A DNA stretch of 64,000 nucleotides, taken from the NCBI GenBank assembly GCA_003224055.1, contig QHYE01000060.1, positions 739 through 64,738 of the forward strand, in the 5' to 3' direction. Below, in pieces: positions 55,875 to 64,000 of the stretch. The notes beneath the pieces are model-generated. The model was not told the origin of the DNA and made no database searches. It worked only from the letters and a program-made list of their open reading frames with translations. Within the stretch, counting starts at the first letter, position 1, and each line of letters opens with the position of its first letter. Both the position numbers and the translations under genes were made by a program. The stretch comes from Acidobacteriota bacterium (GTDB taxonomy: Bacteria; Acidobacteriota; Terriglobia; Acidiferrales; UBA7541).

Positions 55875-57707
55875 CTAGGTCGTCGCTTGGCTGGCGCGGA
55901 TTTCCTGCCAGCGACGCGGGCGCTTGTTGGCTTGCAAGACTTTTTTGCGCAGACGAATCGATTTCGGTGTGATCTCCACGAATTCGTCGTCCGCAATAAA
56001 CTCGATAGCCTGCTCCAGGCTCAGCTCGCGGTGCGGAATCAGGCGGATGGCTTCGTCCGCGCTGGATGAACGCATGTTGGTCTGCTTTTTTTCCTTGGTG
56101 ACGTTGACATCCATATCCTGCTCGCGCGAATTTTCGCCCACGATCATGCCTTCGTAGACCTCGATCGTCGGCCCGATGAACAGCTCGCCGCGCTCCTGGA
56201 TGTTCCACAGCGCAAATGCCGTCGATGGCCCGCTGCGGTCCGCCACCAAGGCGCCGGTAGGGCGCAGCGCCATCTCTCCGCCGTATTCCATCCAGCCTTC
56301 GAAAATCGAATGAATCAGCGCCGTACCGCGCGTGTCCGTCAGCAACTGGCTGCGCAGCCCGATCAATCCGCGCGAAGGGATTTTGAAGTCCAATCGCACG
56401 CGCCCCGAGCCATGATTGCTCATCTTGAGCATCTCGCCTCGCCGGCTGCCGATCGTTTCCATGATGATGCCTATAAAATTCTCAGGCACATCGATCACTA
56501 GCCGCTCCAACGGCTCCAGTTTCTTGCCGTTTTCCGTGCGTGTGACGATTTCCGGCTTGCCCACCATCAGTTCGAATCCTTCGCGCCGCATCGTTTCAAT
56601 CAGGATCGCCAGCTGCAGTTCGCCGCGCCCCAGCACGCGAAACGATTCCGGCGTGTCCGTGTCTTCCACGCGGATGGATACGTTGGTCAGAAGTTCTTTC
56701 TGGAGGCGGTCGCGCAAGTCGCGCGAGGTGAGGTAACTTCCTTCCTTGCCGGAAAGGGGGCTGCTGTTCACCGTGAAAATCATTGCCAGAGTCGGCTCGT
56801 CAATCAGCAGCGGCTCCAGCGGCATCGGGTTAGCCAGATCGGTGATGCTTTCCCCGATGTTGATGCCCTCGACGCCGGCAATCGCCACGAGATCGCCCGC
56901 GGGCACGGCTTCCGCTTCATCGCGCTCCAGGCCGCGAAACGTGTACAACTTCGTGATGCGTGTCGGCGTCAGCCTGCCGTCGAGCTTGACGATGCCCACG
57001 TCGGCGCCGCGCTTCAGCGTGCCGTTGAAAACGCGGCCGATCGCGATGCGCCCCAGGAATTCGCTATAGTCCAGATTCATCACCTGAATCTGCAGCACCC
57101 CTTCGGGATCGCCCGGCGGCTCAGGAATGTGTTTCACGATCGCCTCAAAGAGCGGCAGCAAGTCTTTGGAATTGCCGTCCGGCGAATTCATAGCGTAACC
57201 ATCGCGCGCGTTGGTGTAAATCACCGGGAAATCGAGTTGGTCTTCCGTCGCGTCAAGATCGATAAAGAGGTCGTAAATCTCATCGAGGACTTCCTTCGGC
57301 CGCGCATCCGTTCGGTCGATCTTGTTCAGCACGATCACCGGAGGCAGCTTCGCCGCCAGCGCCTTCTGCAGCACGTAGCGCGTTTGCGGCAGCGGCCCTT
57401 CGCTGGCGTCCACCAGCACCACGACGCCGTCCACCATGCGCAGCGCGCGTTCCACTTCCCCGCCGAAGTCGCTGTGGCCCGGCGTATCTACGATGTTGAT
57501 CTTGGTATTGTGGAAAAAAAGCGCTGTATTCTTCGCAAGAATGGTAATGCCGCGCTCGCGTTCCAGGTCGTTCGAATCCATCACACGCTCGACGAGCGCC
57601 TCGTTGGCGCGGAAAATCCCGCTTTGCCGCAGCATTGCGTCGACCAGCGTGGTCTTGCCGTGGTCCACGTGCGCGATGATGGCGATGTTGCGAATCTCTT
57701 GACTCAT
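55875..57707 (-). CDS. typA: translational GTPase TypA/BipA
   Basis: [30 protein letters not shown]...[17 protein letters not shown]...LNKIDR.... Confidence 0.96.
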   Translation of the reverse strand: MSQEIRNIAIIAHVDHGKTTLVDAMLRQSGIFRANEALVERVMDSNDLERERGITILAKNTALFFHNTKINIVDTPGHSDFGGEVERALRMVDGVVVLVDASEGPLPQTRYVLQKALAAKLPPVIVLNKIDRTDARPKEVLDEIYDLFIDLDATEDQLDFPVIYTNARDGYAMNSPDGNSKDLLPLFEAIVKHIPEPPGDPEGVLQIQVMNLDYSEFLGRIAIGRVFNGTLKRGADVGIVKLDGRLTPTRITKLYTFRGLERDEAEAVPAGDLVAIAGVEGINIGESITDLANPMPLEPLLIDEPTLAMIFTVNSSPLSGKEGSYLTSRDLRDRLQKELLTNVSIRVEDTDTPESFRVLGRGELQLAILIETMRREGFELMVGKPEIVTRTENGKKLEPLERLVIDVPENFIGIIMETIGSRRGEMLKMSNHGSGRVRLDFKIPSRGLIGLRSQLLTDTRGTALIHSIFEGWMEYGGEMALRPTGALVADRSGPSTAFALWNIQERGELFIGPTIEVYEGMIVGENSREQDMDVNVTKEKKQTNMRSSSADEAIRLIPHRELSLEQAIEFIADDEFVEITPKSIRLRKKVLQANKRPRRWQEIRASQATT

Positions 57708-57861
57708 AGTTTCTGCTTCTTATGACCCCAATCCGGGTCAAGTCCTCTAAAGACAAAAATAGCTGCTGAAACAACCAGCAGCCCGGATCAGTCTCCCCCA
57801 GTTCTCAGGTGCGGTCGAGCAACCTTTAGTTTATCAGACTCGCACCCATGCGACCAGAAAA

Positions 57862-57938
57862 GTAGAACAGGCATTCCTGCCCGTCCTCTTAGCTTTTAGC
57901 TTTTCATCGAAAAGGACAGACAGGAATGTCTGTCCTAC
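57862..57938. repeat. REPIN-like inverted doublet of GTAG-hairpin elements
   Basis: GTAGAACAGGCATTCCTGCCCGTCC (57862-57886, plus strand) and GTAGGACAGACATTCCTGTCTGTCC (57938-57914, minus strand) are separated by 27 nt. On the minus-strand transcript the arms pair over 20 bp with three G-U pairs. Confidence 0.8.
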
Positions 57939-57941
57939 CCG

Positions 57942-60584
57942 CTATTCCACGCGCAGCGCGATGATCGGATCGACGCGCGACGCGCGCCGCGCCGGCACGT
58001 AGCACGCCACGAGCGTAGCCACGCCAAGCACCACGGCCACACCCACAAACGTGAGCGGATCCGTCGGCCCCACTTCAAAGAGCAGCCTTTGCAGCAGCCG
58101 AGTGAGCGCCAACGCCCCGACGAGTCCGAGCGCAACTCCAAAGAGCGCCAGCGCCATGCCCTGACCGAGCACCATGCGCAGGATTTCTCCCGGCCGCGCG
58201 CCGATAGCCATGCGTACGCCGATCTCATGCCTTCGCTGACCCACGGCCAGTGCCATCACCCCGCCGATTCCCGTCGCCGCAATCGTCAACGCCAATAACG
58301 CGAAAAGACTCAGCAAATTCGCCGTCAACCGCGGCGCCGCTACCGACTCGGCGCGCACTTGCTCGAGCGATTGCACGCGCGCCGCAGGCTGGTTGGGGTC
58401 CACCGCGTACAGCAATTCGATAATCCCACGCGCAACGCTCATCGGTTCGGCTTCGGTCTTGACCACGAGCACCGCGTCCATCAATGGGTTCTGCGCCATC
58501 GACACGTAGATTTCGTCTGCCGCATCTTTATCCAATCCGTACTGCTTGATGTCTCCCACAACGCCGACGATCTGCGTCCAAGTCTGCCCGTTGTCCGCCG
58601 AGAATCGTTTCCCGACGGGATCCTGCATGCCCCAGAAGTGCCGTGCCGCCGTGCGATTCACAACCGCCACATCGGGAACGCCGGGACGGTCGGCGCGCGT
58701 AAATCTGCGTCCCTGCAAGACTGGGATATGAAGGGTGTCGAAGTAGCTTTCGCTAACCACCCGGAAGTCCGCGACGGGAAGCTTTTGCCCGGGCACGGGG
58801 GTCTGCCCCTCTAGTTGGAAATCGCCCGTCATGCGCATGGTGCCGTTCAAAGGGATCATCATCGAAGCGGCAGCGGACTTCACTCCGCTCTGCGTCTGGA
58901 TTTTGTCGAGGAACGATTCAAAGAAAGCGCGCTGCTTGTCGCCCGTATTGTACTTGGTGAAATCCAGGCCAATCTGCATGGTCAACACGTTTTCCGGCTG
59001 GAATCCCGGATCTACGTGCTGGAGTTTCTGGAAACTTCGCAGCATCAATCCCGCGCCAATGAGAAGCAGAAACGAGACCGCTACCTGGGCAACGATCAGC
59101 AGGCTGCGCAGCCTCCGCCGGCCTACTCCGATCGTCGATTGCACGCCGCCTTCTTTCAGCCCGTCCACGACCGTATCGCGTGCCGCCAGCGCTGGCGCCG
59201 TTCCGGAAAGAACGCTCGTCAGCACCGCTACCGCCAACGTGAAGAGCAGCACGGTGCCGTCCATGTAAATTTCCCGCGCCCGCGGCGTGAACCGCGCGGC
59301 AAAACTAATCAGCAGGTTCAATCCACCCCAGGAAACCAGCAGGCCCAGCCCGCCGCCAATCAACGCCAGCAAGAAACTCTCCGTCAGCAATTGGCGGAAC
59401 ATCCGCACGCGTCCCGCGCCCAGGGCCGCGCGGACCGCCAGCTCCCTCTCCCGGCGTACCATGCGCGCGAGGTTCAGGTTCGCCACGTTGGCGCACGCAA
59501 TCAACAGCACGAATCCCGCCGCGCCTAGCAGCACCAGCATCGTCGGGCGCGCGTTGTGTGTGAGCTCCTCTTCCAGAGCCGACGTCCGGATCGAATAGTC
59601 CAAGGTTGGCAGGTAAACATTGGGGTAGGCTTTCTGCAAATTGGACGCGACGCCGTTCAAATCCGCCCGCGCCTGGCTCACGGTAATTCCCGGCTTCATG
59701 CGGCCGAACACCCGCATCATGCGCGATTGCCGGTTGGCGATGAACGCGGGACGCGAACGGAACGGACACGCCGTCGTCGGCATGTACACATCGTTCTCGT
59801 CGGGATACTGGGGCACCGGCGGCAGAATGCCGATGACCGTATGCAACTTATCGTTCATCGTGAACGTCTTGTTCACCACCGTGTGGTCGCCGCCAAAGCT
59901 GCGGATCCAGTATTCGTAACTGAGCATCAGCACTGCAGGGGCGCCCCGTTGTTCATCGTCCGGACGGAAACTCCGGCCGAACAGCGGTTTCAATCCAAAA
60001 ATATCGAAATAATTCCAGGAAACCACGCCGGTTTCCACGCGCTCCGGTTCGCCTCGCCCCAGCAATATGAAATTCATGTTGTGGTATTCGACCAGGCCGT
60101 CGAGGGAATGACTTTGCGCTCTGTAGTCGTTGGTTTCTGCCACGGAGAAGGGTTGACCCAGCATTCCCGCCCGCGGCGCTTGCTGTTGCAGCGTGACCAG
60201 GCGGTCACCATGTGCGTAGGGCAACGGTTTCAGCAGGACCGCATTGACAACGCTGAAAATCGCCGAATTGGCGCCGATTCCCAGGCCCAGCGTGAGGACA
60301 GCCGCCAGCGTGAACCCCGGATTCTTGCGCATCATACGCAACGCGAAACTCGCATCCTGCGCAAACATCGCAACATGCTCGCCGGGAGCGGTCTTGAAAA
60401 TCCCTACAATGGTTTCCCACCACAGCCGCAAGACGCCGGCAATTCCGCCACGGCGTCCTGCTTCCTGATGTTGTTCCTGGAAAACCGTTTCCATCTCCGG
60501 CCCGAAATCGCCGCGAAAATCAAAGGGGAGTACTCGCAACAGTGCTCGATAAAAGCGCAATGCTCTTGAATCCGCTGATGTCAT
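57942..60584 (-). CDS. ADOP-type duplicated FtsX/MacB-like permease (second copy)
   Basis: MTSADSRALRFYRALLRVLPFDFRGDFGPEMETVF...KNPGFTLAAVLTLGLGIGANSAIFS... with two FtsX halves. A GGAGG SD precedes the ATG at 60584. Confidence 0.9.
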   Translation of the reverse strand: MTSADSRALRFYRALLRVLPFDFRGDFGPEMETVFQEQHQEAGRRGGIAGVLRLWWETIVGIFKTAPGEHVAMFAQDASFALRMMRKNPGFTLAAVLTLGLGIGANSAIFSVVNAVLLKPLPYAHGDRLVTLQQQAPRAGMLGQPFSVAETNDYRAQSHSLDGLVEYHNMNFILLGRGEPERVETGVVSWNYFDIFGLKPLFGRSFRPDDEQRGAPAVLMLSYEYWIRSFGGDHTVVNKTFTMNDKLHTVIGILPPVPQYPDENDVYMPTTACPFRSRPAFIANRQSRMMRVFGRMKPGITVSQARADLNGVASNLQKAYPNVYLPTLDYSIRTSALEEELTHNARPTMLVLLGAAGFVLLIACANVANLNLARMVRRERELAVRAALGAGRVRMFRQLLTESFLLALIGGGLGLLVSWGGLNLLISFAARFTPRAREIYMDGTVLLFTLAVAVLTSVLSGTAPALAARDTVVDGLKEGGVQSTIGVGRRRLRSLLIVAQVAVSFLLLIGAGLMLRSFQKLQHVDPGFQPENVLTMQIGLDFTKYNTGDKQRAFFESFLDKIQTQSGVKSAAASMMIPLNGTMRMTGDFQLEGQTPVPGQKLPVADFRVVSESYFDTLHIPVLQGRRFTRADRPGVPDVAVVNRTAARHFWGMQDPVGKRFSADNGQTWTQIVGVVGDIKQYGLDKDAADEIYVSMAQNPLMDAVLVVKTEAEPMSVARGIIELLYAVDPNQPAARVQSLEQVRAESVAAPRLTANLLSLFALLALTIAATGIGGVMALAVGQRRHEIGVRMAIGARPGEILRMVLGQGMALALFGVALGLVGALALTRLLQRLLFEVGPTDPLTFVGVAVVLGVATLVACYVPARRASRVDPIIALRVE

Positions 60585-60670
60585 GATGTCCTCCCGCGGC
60601 GCCACCACAACGCCACGCTTCGGACCTCTCGTTGTATCCGATGCCGGTGTGCCCGGCTTCGGGAATCTCG

Positions 60671-61039
60671 TTATGCCGTACGCGTTTTCTTCAGCAAATT
60701 CCTCGCGCGAGCGATGGAAAGCACTTCGTCCATGCGCTCGGCCTCCGCCGCGGCCACTTCCCGGCCCTTTTCTGTCATCCGGTAATAGCGCCGGCGCTCG
60801 TCATCATCCACTTCCGCGGGCCGGGAGCGACGCTCCACGATCAGTCCGTCGGCAAGCAGCCGTTTGATAATTCCATAGAGCGTTCCCGTGCTCAGCTTCA
60901 CTTTCCCGCTGGTGCGCAACTCCACTTCCTTCAATATCGCGTAGCCGTGCAGATCGTCTCCGGCCAATGCCAGCAGCACGTGAAACATCGCCGGCGTCAG
61001 CGGCCCGATCGGTTCGTCATGGTGTTGTGCAGGACTCAA
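60671..61039 (-). CDS. PadR-family transcriptional regulator (second copy)
   Basis: MFHVLLALAGDDLHGYAILKEVELRTSGKVKLSTGTLYGIIKRLLADGLIVE...RRRYYRMTEKG. The track start is TTG 61039; ATG 60988 is an alternative. Confidence 0.88.
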   Translation of the reverse strand: MSPAQHHDEPIGPLTPAMFHVLLALAGDDLHGYAILKEVELRTSGKVKLSTGTLYGIIKRLLADGLIVERRSRPAEVDDDERRRYYRMTEKGREVAAAEAERMDEVLSIARARNLLKKTRTA

Positions 61040-61140
61040 GTGTCGGCTCCCAAGCAGCAGTATTCTGTCGCCATACGCTATATCGTGTCACGCCATAGTG
61101 TCAAGAGAAAAATGCGTCGGCTTCCCGCGGCCCTCGATTG

Positions 61141-62080
61141 CTACTTCTTTCGGTTGTAGGTGAAGTCGTACTCCACGAACCACGTCTTTCCGTCGTCGTT
61201 CGAACCGCGGCTGAATTGACGGACCGTGTCGGGACTCAACTTGATGAACTGGAGGCGCCGCTTCAGCTTTTTTCCGTCGGGTTGCGGGATTTCATCGGTC
61301 CAGTAATCCATCACGCCGTCCTTCAATCCGCCGTAGAAGAAAATATTCCCTCCGGCGTTGTCCACCCAGTATTGTTCCCACCGCTTAAGCGCCGCGTTGT
61401 AGATGTTGTAGCTCTTGCCGGAGTATCCGACATTTCCTCCGCTGGTCCAGTTCTCCTGAATCACGCAATCCCCGAGAATCAGCTCGATTTTGCTGTCTCC
61501 CGCCGGGGTCTCTCCCTGCGTGGTGACCACACGCCATTCGCCCAGCCAAAAATCAAACTGGCGATTCTCAGTCGTATTGGCACAAGGTTTTTGGTTGCGC
61601 GTCACCTCTTCGAGAATCTTTGCGAAGCGCGCATCAGACTTCAAATCCGCCAGATCGGGGTCGGCCGACAATTGATCCGGCTGGCTGAGTCCATTTTGTG
61701 CTGCCTTTTCCAGGTGCTCGAAGGCCTTATCCTTGATCTTTCTTCGACACGAAGACGACCGCAATTCCGTACTCCGCAAATTGCGGGGGCAATCCCAGCG
61801 CCCGGCCTTTTTCAAACGCCTCGATGGCTTTGTCGTTTTCTCCAATCTTGTTCAACGAAACCCCCAGCCGGCACCATGCTCGCGGATTCGGCGCCGCCTG
61901 CACGATCTGCGCGTATAGCTTTGCGGACTTCGCCCAGTCCTTCCCGTCATAAGCTGTTGCTGCGTTGCTCGCTGTTTGAGAAACTGCTGAAGTTGGTTGC
62001 TGTTGCCGAGCCCCCGCGCTCGCGCGCGCCCCAAGAAACAACAGCGCGATTCCGATCCGCCATGCGCTGGAACGATTCAT
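61141..62080 (-). pseudogene. secreted TPR + beta-rich-domain protein split by a +1 frameshift near 61735-61738
   Basis: ORF 61727..62194 (from ATG 62080: signal peptide plus TPR, ending ...VVFVSKKDQG-stop) continues in sense in ORF 61141..61845 as ...KDKAFEHLEKAAQNGLSQPDQLSADPDLADLKSDARFAKILEE. This is a typical final TPR followed by FDFWLGEWRV.... Confidence 0.7.
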
Positions 62081-62368
62081 CTTCCACCCCTTTTTGAACT
62101 GGACTCCCCCCGGGCTGTCGGACTTAGACGTTCGGCTCCATAGCAATGCTTCCGGGATCCATCGAAACCTTCCAATAATCCATATAAAGTTCATCTAAAT
62201 TTAGACGATTTGACTACACAGCGACACACATCTGCCCGCTGCCCGAGCTATGCCTCGCATTGTCAGGAACTTATTCCATTCTCTGGTGGAACTATCGTCG
62301 ATATTCTTCGTAACTACGGAAAACAGTTGCGCAGTTTTCGCGTCTATATAGGGCAAGGGTGGGCGTCT

Positions 62369-63013
62369 ATGTCGCCGGAAGTGATCTCCATGCAAGAGCC
62401 GGCTGAGCCAGCGGCTTCGGACCGGTTAGCCCTTTCGTCCGGTCGTTATATCCATTTCGGGCCGTTCCAGATTGATCAGCAGCGGCAGGAAGTGACGCGG
62501 AATGGCTCCCGGTTGAAGCTGCAGGGCAAGGTCTATCAGGTCCTTCTCACCCTGCTCGAGAAACCCGGTGAAGTCGTCACCCGTGAAGAATTGCGCGTCC
62601 GGCTGTGGCCTGCGGACACGCACGTCAATTACGACGCCAACGTCAACACCACCGTCAATAAATTGCGCCAAGCTCTCGGCGACTCCTCCGATAAGCCGCT
62701 CTATATTGAGACCATCCCGCGCAAAGGATATTGCCTGCTCGTCCTTCCGGAGGTCTCCGACAAGTCCACTACATCTCTTTTCTTGCACACGGATGCATCC
62801 GTCGACACGGCAAGAAGTGCGCCACGAACAGCGAACACCATTGAGTTTTCGAAGTCGGACTTCTGGATTATCGCCGGAGTGATTGGCTTGATCCTCGCTG
62901 GGATGCTGCTCGGCGCGGGAATCACGCGGCTCTGGATCAATCACGCAGCTCCGATCGCCCCTTATCGTCTGTCCATTCTCCTGTCGTTCTTAGCCGCCAG
63001 ATTCTTCCTTTAA
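62369..63013 (+). CDS. membrane-anchored OmpR/PhoB-type winged-helix regulator (ToxR/CadC-like)
   Basis: IHFGPFQIDQQRQEVTRNGSRLKLQGKVYQVLLTLLEKPGEVVTREELRVRLWPADTHVNYDANVNTTVNKLRQALGD...ETIPRKGYCL, then a TM helix FWIIAGVIGLILAGMLLGAGI and about 35 more residues. Confidence 0.8.
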   Translation: MSPEVISMQEPAEPAASDRLALSSGRYIHFGPFQIDQQRQEVTRNGSRLKLQGKVYQVLLTLLEKPGEVVTREELRVRLWPADTHVNYDANVNTTVNKLRQALGDSSDKPLYIETIPRKGYCLLVLPEVSDKSTTSLFLHTDASVDTARSAPRTANTIEFSKSDFWIIAGVIGLILAGMLLGAGITRLWINHAAPIAPYRLSILLSFLAARFFL

Positions 63014-64000
63014 TACTTGCCGGGTAGTGTCCGCACGAAAATCAGTCCGCGCGTCCGCCCCACATCCAGCATGAAACCTGTCACGCGATGTTCTGCGTTG
63101 CGCTGGAAATGAATTGCAATCCCTGTGTCGCCGAATTGGAATGCGTCCGTCCCTGTTGCGCGGAGATAATCCTGCGGGCTGTTTCCAAGACTGCCGAATG
63201 CCCCGGATGGCAGCCCTATCGCCAGTTTCAACTTGCCTTCGGCTGTTTCGAGCCGATAGGACACCCGCAGCTCATCGCTAGAATAATCACCCCGGTACTC
63301 GCGAACTTGCTCCTCTGCGAGTCGAATTTCTACTTTTTGCCGTTCGTCCTCCTCGGATTCTTTTTTCTTTTCTTCCTTCGGCCTCATCACGCCGGCCAAA
63401 TAAATGTCCGCAACCCGTTGCGCGCGATTCGACGGGCGCGCGTTTCCCAGGTTGCACAGGCACGCCACCGAAAAGTGCTGCTCCGGAAAACGCAGCAATT
63501 CCGCCCGGTATCCGCCCCACGACCCGCCATGGCTCACGGTCCGCAATCCACGGTAGTCCGCGATGCGCAAACCCTTGGCGTAATCCAGCACCTTGCCGTC
63601 GTTCAGCTTGCCTTGTTCTTGGATCTCCGAGAGAAACTCTTTCCCCCCAATTTGCCCGCTGTAGAAATTCTCATCCCACTTGAGCAAATCTTCGACCGAC
63701 GTATGCACCGCGCCATCGCCAGTCTGCTCGAAGTAGGAAACATTCAGGCGGTAACCTCCGCCTTTCTCCTTTGCATCGTAGGCCATCGCGCGGTTCGCAA
63801 TCAGCGAAGTATGGTCGTCGCGATACTGCGTGTGAGTCATCTCCAGCGGCACAAAGATATTCTCCGCCGCAAATTCCCGCAGCGTTTTCCCGCTCACGCG
63901 CTTCACGATCACCGACAGCAGAAAAAAGCCCGTGTTGCTGTAGAGCCAGTCGCTTCCCGGCGCAAAATTCAGCGCCTTCTGGCGGAAGACCATTTGCAAC
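63010..64000 (-). CDS. serine hydrolase / beta-lactamase-family protein; C-terminal part only, 5' end outside the window
   Basis: ...WLYSNTGFFLLS (YxN motif)...VSHGGSWGG (KTG-equivalent box). No SxxK motif is present, so the N-terminus lies beyond nt 64000. Confidence 0.8.
   Translation of the reverse strand, partial: LQMVFRQKALNFAPGSDWLYSNTGFFLLSVIVKRVSGKTLREFAAENIFVPLEMTHTQYRDDHTSLIANRAMAYDAKEKGGGYRLNVSYFEQTGDGAVHTSVEDLLKWDENFYSGQIGGKEFLSEIQEQGKLNDGKVLDYAKGLRIADYRGLRTVSHGGSWGGYRAELLRFPEQHFSVACLCNLGNARPSNRAQRVADIYLAGVMRPKEEKKKESEEDERQKVEIRLAEEQVREYRGDYSSDELRVSYRLETAEGKLKLAIGLPSGAFGSLGNSPQDYLRATGTDAFQFGDTGIAIHFQRNAEHRVTGFMLDVGRTRGLIFVRTLPGKY

Overview
This 64-kb window reads as the chromosomal replication-origin region of a moderately high-GC bacterium. 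The content suggests Acidobacteriota (my inference): two PadR plus ADOP-type duplicated-permease pairs, and TonB-dependent receptors with CarboxypepD_reg-like N-termini.

Gene content, left to right:
- gyrA (open to the window edge, so missing from the ORF track), a frameshifted hicB with hicA, and two small ORFs coupled to gyrB.
- gyrB, dnaN, a DnaA-box-rich spacer (candidate oriC), and dnaA.
- Envelope and uptake genes: an NHL protein, a YmdB-like phosphoesterase, a TPR protein, a PQQ-like propeller and two TonB-dependent receptors.
- A porin plus ZnuA/ZnuB-like metal importer with no ATPase gene.
- The conserved thrS...infC-rpmI-rplT-pheS-pheT block, which is interrupted and padded with repeats.
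- A type III PKS / ICMT-methyltransferase operon, typA, two vapBC pairs, and assorted hydrolases.

No tRNA, rRNA, CRISPR array, IS element or prophage gene was seen by eye.

Most interesting signals:
1. Two divergently transcribed, paralogous, membrane-anchored Cys/His mini-proteins (21075-21383 minus, 21504-21779 plus). Each sits at the head of an outer-membrane or metal-uptake operon. Both end in R-A-P-P-S-x-stop, the motif of RAPP-type ribosome-arrest peptides.
2. Several families of GTAG-plus-hairpin REP-like elements. These include a REPIN-like inverted doublet and a 343-bp hairpin-packed spacer that splits rpmI from rplT.
3. DnaA-box clusters on both sides of dnaA.
4. Two genes with single-nucleotide frameshifts.

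All calls rest on reading the translations and the DNA by eye. Start codons are best guesses, and no database search was possible.
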